Shown here piece by piece: positions 54,290 to 63,621 of a stretch of DNA of 64,000 nt. Each line of letters opens with the position of its first letter. Position 1 is the first letter of the stretch. The position numbers were made by a program, and so were the translations under genes. The notes beneath the pieces were generated by a model, which was given only the letters and a program-made list of their open reading frames with translations, was not told the origin of the DNA and made no database searches. The stretch is from Clostridia bacterium. GTDB lineage: Bacteria > Bacillota > Clostridia > Oscillospirales > CAG-272. The DNA lies in contig JAFTYE010000014.1 of assembly GCA_017464805.1 (NCBI GenBank), positions 8,476-72,475 of the forward strand, given 5' to 3'.

Positions 54290-54949
54290 CTAAAAAATCG
54301 CGGCAAAAAAGGCACTTTCGCGCAACAGGGTGCGGCGGAGATAAAAATAGTAGTGCTCCCGCACAAGGAGCACACCGTCCGATCGGTGGACAGCGGCATG
54401 GAGGGGGGATACGCTTTCCCCTTGTGCGAATTCGGATGGAAAATCGGTGACCAGCAGGACGGTGTACCGTTCGACAAGGTCGGCAAGGGCTCGGTCGGTG
54501 AAATCCGTCCGTTCTGCGGGAAAGAAGGCAAGAACCCTCGCACCGCACAGGCGTGGTGCGAGGCGCACATTCTCGCGGCGACGGAATTCCATCGCAGCAA
54601 CCGCGAACGCCAATGCCAAAACGGCAAGAACTGGCAAAAGCAAAAGGAAGAGCAAGGCTAACAGCAAGAGAAAAGTTCCCGTTTCAAGAAAAGTAAACAC
54701 CCGCCACATGACACGCACGGCGCGGCCAATCCACAGAGTGGGGGCAAACACGGCACGGATGCGCCGCCAGACCGCAAAGGCATTCGTTTTTTGAAGCGAA
54801 CGGTGCAAAAAGTCGGCATAGCTCCGTGCGGCATGCGTCTGTGCCCGTGAGGATCGTTCAAAAAGAGCGGCGTCTGCCGCAGGGGGTGTGGCTTCCGCGC
54901 GAGCATGGAGAGGCCGTTTGTTTTTTCTTTCGTTTGGCGATTCTTTCAA
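54290..54949 (-). CDS. Hypothetical membrane protein
   Basis: Long ORF 34 nt downstream of the queG-like gene. It has a central Leu-rich TM segment and no recognisable family. The start is uncertain. Confidence 0.4.
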   Translation of the reverse strand: MKESPNERKNKRPLHARAEATPPAADAALFERSSRAQTHAARSYADFLHRSLQKTNAFAVWRRIRAVFAPTLWIGRAVRVMWRVFTFLETGTFLLLLALLFLLLLPVLAVLALAFAVAAMEFRRRENVRLAPRLCGARVLAFFPAERTDFTDRALADLVERYTVLLVTDFPSEFAQGESVSPLHAAVHRSDGVLLVREHYYFYLRRTLLRESAFFAAIF

Positions 54950-54983
54950 GCGACTTCCCCTTTTTTTCTCATATGTAGGGGAA

Positions 54984-55826
54984 TCAGTAACCGATGAGCT
55001 TTAAGTTGCGTGCCAGCACTTCCCTTCCGCGGAAGGAATAGGGGCGCAACAGGAACTCCTCGTCCGGCATACGGTCAAGGATGTCGGTTGTCATACAGGG
55101 AATGTGGGAGCGATGAAACCATTCGACGGGCGTACACAGATGCTCATCGATAATCTTTCGGTTATGCGGACAAACGGTCTGGCAGGCATCACAGCCCCAG
55201 GCCGTGCCATTTTCACGGATCAAGCGTTTCTCATCCTCGGTCAGCTCTCCCTTCTTTTGGGTGACGGCGGACAGGCATTTGCGGCGGGAGGTTCCCGGCA
55301 GGACTTTACCGGGGCAAGCGCGAGCGCACGCACCACAATGCTCGCAGACACCGATTTCCCGCGGTTCCGTAAAGCCGAAAAGCTCCGGCGGGGCACTTGT
55401 GAGCCATTCGGCAATAAAGGTAAAGCTACCGTAGTGCTGATTGATCAGCAAACCGTTGTCTCCGATAATGCCTAAGCCCGCCGCAGCGGCTGCATGACGC
55501 TCGTCGATGGGAGAATGGTCGCAAAAGCCTGCGTAGCGGTAACCGTGAGAATGGATCTGTAAAAAGGGCGTATTTAACGAGAAAAAATTGTTGACGTAAT
55601 AGTGATAGTCGCCGCCTGAGGCGTAACGTGAGATGTTCTCGGTTTCCGTGAAGTAGTAAGGGATGAGAAAGAGGATGACGGTACGCGGCTCAAAGGTCAG
55701 CTTTCGCACAAGCCCGGGGCGGATCACATGACATGCCTCAAAGGGCATGGCGGCGTAGTAACGAATATTTTCGCGTCTGAAAACGTCGTTCAGATAATGG
55801 TCGAATTCGGTTGACAAGATATTCAT
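54984..55826 (-). CDS. QueG-like 4Fe-4S protein (short epoxyqueuosine-reductase-type)
   Basis: Ferredoxin-type clusters CEHCGACARACP and CDACQTVCP preceded by a DUF1730-like region. Confidence 0.55.
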   Translation of the reverse strand: MNILSTEFDHYLNDVFRRENIRYYAAMPFEACHVIRPGLVRKLTFEPRTVILFLIPYYFTETENISRYASGGDYHYYVNNFFSLNTPFLQIHSHGYRYAGFCDHSPIDERHAAAAAGLGIIGDNGLLINQHYGSFTFIAEWLTSAPPELFGFTEPREIGVCEHCGACARACPGKVLPGTSRRKCLSAVTQKKGELTEDEKRLIRENGTAWGCDACQTVCPHNRKIIDEHLCTPVEWFHRSHIPCMTTDILDRMPDEEFLLRPYSFRGREVLARNLKLIGY

Positions 55827-55983
55827 CCTTTTCTTTTTTCTTCAGTATAATCTATTTTCCCGTTTTTTACAAGAGATTGATGAAAAAAAGCAAAAAAATA
55901 CGCAGAGCAAGGGCAAAATCATTGCTTTTTCCTTCACTTTGTGCTATGATAATATGAGAATTCGCACAAAAGGAGTTTCCTTT

Positions 55984-56688
55984 ATGTCTATTTTTGAACT
56001 TTGGACAAACGGTTTTTTGGCACAACCGGGTGCTGACAATACGGTATCCTACCCTATCATCCCCCTGTTTGTCGGCTTGATCGTTGCCGCCATGATCATC
56101 CCCTATCTGCTCGGCAGCATCAACTCCGCCATTATCATTTCAAAGCTACTCTACCGTGACGATGTGCGCCGCCACGGCAGCGGAAATGCGGGCATGACCA
56201 ACATGCTTCGTACGTACGGCAAGGGCGCGGCGGGGCTGACCCTGCTTGGTGACCTGCTGAAAACCGTGCTGGCCGTTGCCTGCGGCTCCTTCACCATCGG
56301 CTCTTCCTTGGGTGGCTGGGTAGCCTGCCTGTTCTGCATGATGGGGCATATTTTCCCGATTTTCTACAAATTCCGCGGGGGAAAGGGCGTTTTGTGCGCC
56401 GCAACGGGCATTTTGATCCTCTCCCCCTTCTCTTTCCTGTTTGCATTCCTTGTATTCGTGATCCTGGTGGCCACCACGCGCTATGTTTCGCTTGGTTCGG
56501 TCGTGGCCGGTCTGATGCTTCCCCTTTTCGTTAATTCCTACAACCAAATGTTCCAGGTGGGTGGCGTAAATGGCCTTATCTCGGTCCTCATAGCACTGAT
56601 CATTCTGTGGTGCCACCGCGAAAACCTGAAGCGCATTTCACGGCGAGAGGAATCCAAGCTTTCCTTTGGCAAGAAGAAGGACAAATGA
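55984..56688 (+). CDS. plsY: Glycerol-3-phosphate acyltransferase PlsY
   Basis: GSINSAIIISK...HGSGNAGMTN motif and multi-TM. The ATG at 55984 follows AAGGAG. Confidence 0.85.
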   Translation: MSIFELWTNGFLAQPGADNTVSYPIIPLFVGLIVAAMIIPYLLGSINSAIIISKLLYRDDVRRHGSGNAGMTNMLRTYGKGAAGLTLLGDLLKTVLAVACGSFTIGSSLGGWVACLFCMMGHIFPIFYKFRGGKGVLCAATGILILSPFSFLFAFLVFVILVATTRYVSLGSVVAGLMLPLFVNSYNQMFQVGGVNGLISVLIALIILWCHRENLKRISRREESKLSFGKKKDK

Positions 56689-57884
56689 TGGAAAACAACG
56701 AACGCACAAGGATGTTATCCTTGATTCACGCGGCGACGGAGGGAGGCGTTCTGCGAAAGCTGGTGCTTTCCAAGCCGCACGCCAACGATCTTGCACCGCG
56801 CCAAAACGGCAAGCTGTGTCTGCGGCGTGGGGAGCGCGTTTTGGTGATGGAATCCGTCTTTGAGGGTGGACGCGTTGCACAAAAGCTGATTTCCACGACC
56901 GATTTGGACGAGGTTCTTGCCCCTATCCTTGCAGAGTATGGGCAGATCAACCTCATCACCTCCGCGGGAGATGCGGAGCTCCGCACCTCGAAAAAGGGCA
57001 AGGTAACGCTGATCGGCGGTGGTCTTTCTCTACGTCTTAGCGGAGAGGTTTCCGATCTTGCTCGCTTTGACATACCGATCGACCGTGAAAAAAAGCATAT
57101 CCTACAGGGGAACGAGCCTTTTCTCGTTGCCCTCGGCATCAGCGACAAAAACGGCCGCGTGCATGACAAGCGGCAGGCAAAATTCCGCCAGATCAATCGT
57201 TTCTTGGAATACCTGGAGAATGTTTACTGTCACCTCCCAAAGAGTGGATGGTTGACAGTTTTCGACCTTTGTTGCGGAAAAAGCTATTTGAGCTTTGCCG
57301 TATACCATTATCTGCATGTCATCCGCGGGCGCGAGGTATCCCTTTTGGGCGTGGATCTGAAGCGCGACGTGATCGAGGATTGCGAAAGGATCGCTTCCTC
57401 CTGTGATTTCCGCGGCATGCGCTTTATTTGCGGCGATGTGCGACAAGCAGTGCCGAGCGGCGCGCCCGACCTTGTCATGTCCCTGCACGCATGCGACATC
57501 GCCACCGACATTGTTCTCGAAACGGCCGTTCGCTTGAAGGCGCGCGTGATCCTTTCCACCCCCTGCTGTCACCGCTACGTCAGCCACCATCTTGCCTGCG
57601 AGCCGCTTGCCTTTGCCGCGCAGCATCCGCAGCTGCGCGGCAAGCTGTGCGAGGCCCTGACGGATGCACTTCGCATTCTGCGCCTTGAATCGGCGGGCTA
57701 TGCAACCATGGCCACCGAGCTGACAGATCCCGAGAACACACCAAAAAACACCCTACTGCGCGCCGTTTTACGACCCGATTTTGATGCGAGCGGCAAGGAA
57801 GCGGCAAAAAAAAGACAAGAATACGAGCAGGTCCGTTCCTTTTTGTTGGGGAACGGCACGCCTGCCTACCCGGAGGAAGCATGA
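56685..57884 (+). CDS. SAM-dependent methyltransferase, function unknown
   Basis: Class I MTase motif I region (VFDLCCGKSYLS) and HACDIATD. The start overlaps the plsY stop (ATGA). Confidence 0.6.
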   Translation: MMENNERTRMLSLIHAATEGGVLRKLVLSKPHANDLAPRQNGKLCLRRGERVLVMESVFEGGRVAQKLISTTDLDEVLAPILAEYGQINLITSAGDAELRTSKKGKVTLIGGGLSLRLSGEVSDLARFDIPIDREKKHILQGNEPFLVALGISDKNGRVHDKRQAKFRQINRFLEYLENVYCHLPKSGWLTVFDLCCGKSYLSFAVYHYLHVIRGREVSLLGVDLKRDVIEDCERIASSCDFRGMRFICGDVRQAVPSGAPDLVMSLHACDIATDIVLETAVRLKARVILSTPCCHRYVSHHLACEPLAFAAQHPQLRGKLCEALTDALRILRLESAGYATMATELTDPENTPKNTLLRAVLRPDFDASGKEAAKKRQEYEQVRSFLLGNGTPAYPEEA

Positions 57885-59197
57885 CAAGCCGACGTGCAAT
57901 AGAAAAGATCTATTCCCTGCCGCGCTTTGCCCGTGGGAACATGCTTGCGCCTGTGGCGGAGCTTTTGCATGTCCTGCACGATCCGCAGGCCGCCCTCTCC
58001 TGTATCCACGTGGCGGGCACGAACGGTAAGGGCTCGGTCAGCACGATGCTTTCTTCCATGCTCACGGCATCCGGACGGCGGGTTGGCCTATACACCTCAC
58101 CCTACATTCACGATTTCCGCGAGCGTTTTCAGATCGACGGCAAGCCCGTTTCCTCTGTAGCCTTTGCGAATGCCGCCAAGTGCGTTTTTGATGCGATGAA
58201 GCGGATGGGGGATACTTCTTCCCTTTCGCAGTTTGATGTGGTCACGGCGATCGGCTTTGTGATTTTTGCGGACGCAGGGTGCGAGGTAGTGGTCCTGGAA
58301 TGCGGTCTTGGAGGCCGACTTGATGCAACCAACGTGATCGCGCCGCCGCTGCTGGCGGTCATTTCAAACATCGGCTTTGACCATATCGACATTCTCGGCG
58401 ACACGATATCCGCCATCACCGCCGAAAAATGTGGCATCGTGAAAGTAGGCACGGGTGCCTTGATCTGTGCGCCGCAAGACTATATCGAGGCGGTACGCAT
58501 TTGCGAGGGCGTGGCCGCCGAGCGAGGGGTTCCCTTCGTGTCGGTGAGCGCGGATGCGGTGGTTGAAAAATTCAATTTTGGTTATTTACGCTTTTCGTAC
58601 AAGAAAAAAAACTACGTTTCTGCCCTTTCTGCCCTGTATCAGGTCCGCAACGCCTGCACGGCAATCGAGGCAGCCCTTGCCCTGCGCCGTATGGGCTTTA
58701 CGCTGACCGACGAGGCGATTGAAAAGGGACTTGCCACCGCTTACATTCCCGCAAGACTGGAATCGATCAGCCTCTATCCCCACATTCTGGTGGACGGGGC
58801 GCACAATGCGGACGCAATGCGCGCACTCCGCGACAGTGTGGAGCGGCTTGGCGGCGATTTCGGACGGTTATTCTGCATTCTGGGCATGATGAAGGATAAA
58901 GAGCCTGAGAAGGCGCTTTCTGTCTTTTTCTCCTCTCCGCTTGTCAAAGAACGGATCTCGGGCATTGCCGCGCTGTCCCCGAGCGGCGCACGCGCCGTGA
59001 CGGCAGAGGAAATGCGGTGCATTCTTGCGACCGTGACGGATGCACCGATTATCGAAACGAAATCGGCAGAGGATGCGATATCACGCATTCTGCCGCAGAT
59101 GCAGAGGGATGATCTGTTGCTTTGCTTCGGCTCTCTGTACATTCTGGGCGACATCAAGGATGCGGTGAAGCATCGCTACACGAAAAGAAGGAGTTAA
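57881..59197 (+). CDS. folC: Folylpolyglutamate synthase / dihydrofolate synthase
   Basis: VAGTNGKGS P-loop and Mur-ligase layout. Confidence 0.9.
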   Translation: MTSRRAIEKIYSLPRFARGNMLAPVAELLHVLHDPQAALSCIHVAGTNGKGSVSTMLSSMLTASGRRVGLYTSPYIHDFRERFQIDGKPVSSVAFANAAKCVFDAMKRMGDTSSLSQFDVVTAIGFVIFADAGCEVVVLECGLGGRLDATNVIAPPLLAVISNIGFDHIDILGDTISAITAEKCGIVKVGTGALICAPQDYIEAVRICEGVAAERGVPFVSVSADAVVEKFNFGYLRFSYKKKNYVSALSALYQVRNACTAIEAALALRRMGFTLTDEAIEKGLATAYIPARLESISLYPHILVDGAHNADAMRALRDSVERLGGDFGRLFCILGMMKDKEPEKALSVFFSSPLVKERISGIAALSPSGARAVTAEEMRCILATVTDAPIIETKSAEDAISRILPQMQRDDLLLCFGSLYILGDIKDAVKHRYTKRRS

Positions 59198-59198
59198 C

Positions 59199-59636
59199 AT
59201 GGAAGAAATGATCACCTCCCTCTCCCCCGCCGATACCGAGGCGGCAGGCGAGGCACTGGCGCGTGAGCTACTTGCCGCGGGAACGCGGCGGGCCTGCATT
59301 GCCCTGCGCGGGGAGATGGGTGTCGGAAAGACCGCATTCGTGCGCGGTTTTTCCCGCGCGCTTGGCATTTCAGGCGTCAGAAGTCCTACCTACACCGTGG
59401 TCAACGAATACCGCGGCGATCCTGTTCCCGTCTTTCATTTTGACCTGTACCGTATAGCGGACGAGGATGAGCTATATGCCATCGGCTTTGACGATTATCT
59501 GGCGCGCGACGGCTACATTTTGTGCGAATGGAGCGAAAACGGGGGAGATATGCTCCCTGCGGAGCGCATCGTGGTGGATATTGCACGCACCCTGAGCAAC
59601 GAAAACGAGAGAATCATCACAAGGAGCAACGCATGA
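59199..59636 (+). CDS. tsaE: tRNA t6A37 biosynthesis ATPase TsaE
   Basis: GEMGVGKTAF Walker A and SPTYTVVNEY. Confidence 0.9.
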   Translation: MEEMITSLSPADTEAAGEALARELLAAGTRRACIALRGEMGVGKTAFVRGFSRALGISGVRSPTYTVVNEYRGDPVPVFHFDLYRIADEDELYAIGFDDYLARDGYILCEWSENGGDMLPAERIVVDIARTLSNENERIITRSNA

Positions 59637-60361
59637 ACATTCTGGCCTTTGACAGCAGCACGCGCGTGGCGGCGGTCGCAGTAGCAGAGGATGAAAAGAT
59701 CCTCTCTTCCTTTACCGTGGACAGCGGTATGACGCAAAGTGAGCTGCTTTTACCGCTGGCACGCAAGGCGCTGGAGGCGGCGCATCTATCCTTTTCGGAT
59801 ATCGGGCTTTTTGCCGTGACCGTTGGCCCTGGCTCGTTTACAGGTGTGCGGATTGGCACTTCCCTTATCAAGGGACTTGCCTTCGGAAGGGATATCCCGT
59901 GCGCCCCTGTATCCGTGATGGAGGTACTGGCCGACAACCTCTTCCCTCTCGATGGTCTGTATTGTCCCGTATGCGACGCGCGGCGCGGGCAGGTATACAA
60001 CGCCCTGTTTTGCAAAAAGGACGGCACTCTCACCCGTCTTACCCCCGACAGGCTAATCCCCGCAAAGGATCTGCTTTCCGAGCTGTCCGAGCAATACAAC
60101 GATATCCCTGTCCGCTTATGTGGAGATGCGACCGAGACAGTGACGAGGCTTGCCGCCGAAGTTGCCCCCCGCCTGATCTTATCCCCGACGCCCCCTGCGC
60201 TTTTGCTGTCAAACGGCGGAGCAGTAGCTAGGCGCGGTCTTGCCTGTTATAAGCGCGGTGAAGCGGTGAGTGACCTTTCGCTTGCCCCCGTTTATCTGCG
60301 CCCCTGCCAGGCGGAACGCGAACGACTTGAAAAAGAACAACATGCAAAGGAGATTATGTAA
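59633..60361 (+). CDS. tsaB: tRNA t6A37 biosynthesis protein TsaB
   Basis: MNILAFDSS...GPGSFTGVRIG. The start overlaps the tsaE stop. Confidence 0.9.
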   Translation: MNILAFDSSTRVAAVAVAEDEKILSSFTVDSGMTQSELLLPLARKALEAAHLSFSDIGLFAVTVGPGSFTGVRIGTSLIKGLAFGRDIPCAPVSVMEVLADNLFPLDGLYCPVCDARRGQVYNALFCKKDGTLTRLTPDRLIPAKDLLSELSEQYNDIPVRLCGDATETVTRLAAEVAPRLILSPTPPALLLSNGGAVARRGLACYKRGEAVSDLSLAPVYLRPCQAERERLEKEQHAKEIM

Positions 60362-60828
60362 TGCAAAGAAAAACAATCTACATTGGTGCGGACTCCGCAG
60401 GTTATGCGATGAAGGAGATGCTGATCTCTTCCCTGAGCGAGGAGGGATATGAGGTGACAGATTGCGGCGCATACAACGACGCATCCAGCCATTATCCCGA
60501 ATTTGCCCACGCGGTATGCGAAAAGGTCCAGAAAACTCCCGACGATGCCTTTGGCATTTTGGTATGCGGCACAGGCATCGGCATGAGCATGGCAGCAAAC
60601 AAGCACCTCGGCATCCGCGCCGCGCTGTGCGGCGACACGTTCAGTGCCCGCTTCACCCGTCTGCACAACAACGCCAACGTTTTGTGTCTTGGCGCTCGCG
60701 TAGTGGGCGTGGGTCTTGCACAGGACATTGTCAGTGCCTTCCTGGATGCCCCTTTTGAAAGCGGCGGACGACATGAGGCTCGCGTGAATATGATAACGGC
60801 GATTGAGGAAAACGAACGCAAGGCGTAA
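60361..60828 (+). CDS. rpiB: Ribose-5-phosphate isomerase B
   Basis: VCGTGIGMSMAANK and RH..RV blocks. Confidence 0.9.
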   Translation: MQRKTIYIGADSAGYAMKEMLISSLSEEGYEVTDCGAYNDASSHYPEFAHAVCEKVQKTPDDAFGILVCGTGIGMSMAANKHLGIRAALCGDTFSARFTRLHNNANVLCLGARVVGVGLAQDIVSAFLDAPFESGGRHEARVNMITAIEENERKA

Positions 60829-60835
60829 AAACGAG

Positions 60836-60871
60836 AAAAGGACGTTGCCGCATACGCGACAACGTCCTTTT
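60836..60871. terminator. Bidirectional terminator between rpiB and mecA
   Basis: AAAAGGACGTTG ... CAACGTCCTTTT. Confidence 0.75.
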
Positions 60872-61456
60872 TTATGCCAAGGCCGCGAGGTGAAAGACGG
60901 CATCGGCAGGACACAGGCAATCGGCGTGCTCTTTTATGTACGCGAGCTTGGTAGACGCGTAGCTAACAGGATCGCCGAATTCCTGCGCGGGATGATACGG
61001 CACCGACGCGGGCGGTATGCCGCCGCCATCCTCCCGCAAAACGAGATAATACCGTTCATCCTCCACGGCATACGCAACGCTGTCCCCGTGAAAATCCATG
61101 GCTTTCAGGCATCGACAAAGAGCGACGAGATCCGAAAGAGTCGCAAAGGCATAGATTCGCATTTTCCCATCCGCTCCGTTTTTTCGCTCGCCGGGAGCAG
61201 TCGGGACGTTTTGTGCGATCTTGGTAATATACAACTCACATCCGCCCATACGGGACGGATATGCCTGGATCAAAACACGGTCGCTTGCCGCGTCAAAGCC
61301 TGTGCGTTGCTTTGCCTCATCAAGGATCTGCCACACGGCGCGACGTGTTTCGGTATTTTCATAGTTAAGGGCTTCGGATGCGATCGCATAATGTGCCATA
61401 TCTTCGGCGGTGAGCATGATCTTGAGTTTTGTATCGCTGATCTTGATCAGTTCCAT
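60872..61456 (-). CDS. mecA: Adaptor protein MecA
   Basis: MELIKISDTKLKIMLTAEDM N-terminus. The ATG at 61456 follows GGAGGA; the 61612 extension was rejected. Confidence 0.8.
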   Translation of the reverse strand: MELIKISDTKLKIMLTAEDMAHYAIASEALNYENTETRRAVWQILDEAKQRTGFDAASDRVLIQAYPSRMGGCELYITKIAQNVPTAPGERKNGADGKMRIYAFATLSDLVALCRCLKAMDFHGDSVAYAVEDERYYLVLREDGGGIPPASVPYHPAQEFGDPVSYASTKLAYIKEHADCLCPADAVFHLAALA

Positions 61457-61616
61457 TAGGCAATTCCTCCTTGCTATTATTATAAGCGCAAGGGGGCAAA
61501 AAAGGAAGCGGTATGTTTCGGCAACGGTGGGAGGTTTTTGCTTTTTTGTATTCGTTTTTTCGATTTTTGGTGTATTTGACAGATGTTTGCAAGCATAAAA
61601 CCCATATAACAAGCAG

Positions 61617-61662
61617 AAAGAGCAAGAGTAAAAGGATAAATTTCCTTTTATTCTTGCTCTTT
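61617..61662 (-). terminator. Long hairpin terminator after the 504-aa gene
   Basis: 20-bp stem AAAGAGCAAGAGTAAAAGGA/TCCTTTTATTCTTGCTCTTT. Confidence 0.7.
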
Positions 61663-61680
61663 CGTTTGATGGATGTTCGG

Positions 61681-63195
61681 TTAATCGAGCTCGACGGGAG
61701 TGCCGCCCGTCAGAAGGATCATCTTGACCGCGTCGATGGAGAAATCCTCCGCCTCGACCACAAGGGGCTTGGTCAGCATACCGCGGGCCAGAACCTTGAG
61801 ACGAACGGTGGACGGCTCCACCAACTTCAGCTCCTTCAGCTTTGAAAGGGTAACGGTGTCCCCTTCCTCGAAGTTAGCATCCAGCGTATCCACATTGATG
61901 ATGTCCTGCTTGCCTTCCTTTTTGCCCGAGGCCGCCAGATGGGCAAGGTGATGCTCCGCGACCGTATTGTCGAGTAACGAAGCGGCCTGCTCTACCGTAA
62001 CGGTATCGACGTGGGGGATGTACTCATCAGCGTAGGCGGGGTCAATCGCGGGAACGGATCTTGCCCCCTCCACCTTCGCGCCGCTCTCGATCAAGGCAAT
62101 GATCTCCTCGTCGGTGAGCTTCTTGCCGGTATCGACCTCCTGAGCACTGACCTGAATGAGGCCGCGTGCGATTAGGGCGTCCTTGCCCTCATACAGGGGA
62201 ACGAAGTTCTGATTCAACGGAATACCCGCAGCACGCTCGTTCTGCGCCATGGTTTGGTCAATCAGCTCCTTTGCCCATTTGAAGGAACGTGCGGAGCGGA
62301 TCTTCAGCTTCACGGGCGTTTTTTCGTAACGCTTGCGGTCGCCGACGTCGTCAAATTTGTATTTGCTACCTTCAAGAGAGGCAGGATCAAGGGCAAGAAA
62401 CAGGACGATGGTCTTGCCAGTGATGTTGATCTTGGCAAGTTGGCGGCGCGCGGCACCGTAGCTTTCGTAGTTCCAGCTATCCGAGGCGACCACGCCGTCG
62501 AAGGAGAGGAGGTAGTTTTTCAGCTCGGAATAGTAGCCCTTGCTCTCGTCGCAGGCCTGAATCATGCGAGCGCGGAAGCTCTGGCGCTGCTTGATCAACA
62601 CGCGCCGTCCGTCAGGGGCCACGAGCACGAGGGACATATCGTCCTCCTGCTTTTCATCACCGCGAACCGAGGAAATGGCACCTGCCACAGCGGCCGAACG
62701 TTCTTCATCCGTCATGGCAGCCTTTTTCGCTTCTGTTTTTTTCGCTTCCGCCTTCTGCGCTTCTACCTTTTTCTCTTCTTTTTTCTCGACAGGAGCGATC
62801 GTATGTTCTTCTGCGGGAGCCTTAACGGGCTCAGGGGGTTGTTCCTTGGTTTGTTCCTTTTTCGCCTCGGGTACAGGCTTTTGCGGTGCCTTGGCAGGAG
62901 CTTCTGGAACCTTTGCATCATCGGAGCTTCCCTTGTCCGAAGCGCGCAGAGCCTTCAGCTCATTCAGAGCCCGACGCAGGCGGATACGTACCCACTGGGT
63001 CAGACCGATCAAGAGAAGAATGCAGGCAAACAGGATGGCAATCAGGATGATCAGCCAACGAACAATACCGTCATCCGCACCGGCGGAAGCGTCGGCAACG
63101 GCGGCAGACGCAGGGAGCATCGCCGCGATGAGCGAAACCAAAAGACAAAAGGCAAGGTGGAACATTCGCTTTGCGGTATTAAGTTTGTTTTTCAT
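61681..63195 (-). CDS. Membrane-anchored protein with a Lys/Glu/Pro/Ala-rich linker and a C-terminal uL15-like domain
   Basis: Signal/TM region, a second TM helix, and a low-complexity linker (KAPQKPVPEAKKEQTKEQPPEP...). The C-terminus LKVLARGMLTKPLVVEAEDFSIDAVKMILLTGGTPVEL resembles the ribosomal protein L15 C-terminus. Confidence 0.6.
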   Translation of the reverse strand: MKNKLNTAKRMFHLAFCLLVSLIAAMLPASAAVADASAGADDGIVRWLIILIAILFACILLLIGLTQWVRIRLRRALNELKALRASDKGSSDDAKVPEAPAKAPQKPVPEAKKEQTKEQPPEPVKAPAEEHTIAPVEKKEEKKVEAQKAEAKKTEAKKAAMTDEERSAAVAGAISSVRGDEKQEDDMSLVLVAPDGRRVLIKQRQSFRARMIQACDESKGYYSELKNYLLSFDGVVASDSWNYESYGAARRQLAKINITGKTIVLFLALDPASLEGSKYKFDDVGDRKRYEKTPVKLKIRSARSFKWAKELIDQTMAQNERAAGIPLNQNFVPLYEGKDALIARGLIQVSAQEVDTGKKLTDEEIIALIESGAKVEGARSVPAIDPAYADEYIPHVDTVTVEQAASLLDNTVAEHHLAHLAASGKKEGKQDIINVDTLDANFEEGDTVTLSKLKELKLVEPSTVRLKVLARGMLTKPLVVEAEDFSIDAVKMILLTGGTPVELD

Positions 63196-63339
63196 AACAT
63201 CTCCTCACTTGTACAATTTTTTCACTTTTATTGTAACAAGAACAGACACAAAAATCAAGCAAAATTTTTATTTTCCTTGTTTTTTTACAAAAAACGCACC
63301 ACTCGCCCTCATTAAACGGCATTTTGGCGACATTTTGAC

Positions 63340-63621
63340 TCAATTTCCACCATGCGAACGGCGCGGGGGCTTTGGCGGCGGACAGCATCCTTCCGCATCC
63401 ACGAGGATGATATCCTCCCCGATCTTTTGGATCTTTTGCCACGGGATTACAATCTCCTCACATCCGAAGCCAAGAAAACCGCCCTTCACGGGCACAACGA
63501 TGGCGGTGATGCGTCCATCGCACACGTCAAACTCGATGTCGGTCACATAGCCAAGACGGCGACCGTCGCAGGAATTGATAACTTCCTTGTCACGAAAGCT
63601 CTCTCCGTTTACGCGTTCCAT
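63340..63621 (-). CDS. ylmC: YlmC/YmxH-family (PRC-barrel) sporulation protein
   Basis: VINSCDGRRLGYVTDIEFDVCDGRITAIVVP pattern. Confidence 0.8.
   Translation of the reverse strand: MERVNGESFRDKEVINSCDGRRLGYVTDIEFDVCDGRITAIVVPVKGGFLGFGCEEIVIPWQKIQKIGEDIILVDAEGCCPPPKPPRRSHGGN

Noticed and set aside
53779-54293. Several 70-144-aa ORFs on both strands across the tRNA-Arg repeat region
   Set aside because: Their translations repeat because the DNA repeats. They cross terminators and the tRNA itself, and have no RBS.
62254-63550. Plus-strand ORFs of 353 and 328 aa opposite the 504-aa gene
   Set aside because: They translate the reverse of the Lys/Glu/Pro/Ala-rich linker into Phe/Leu/Arg/Ser low-complexity strings. 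They also run through the promoter region. They are not credible.
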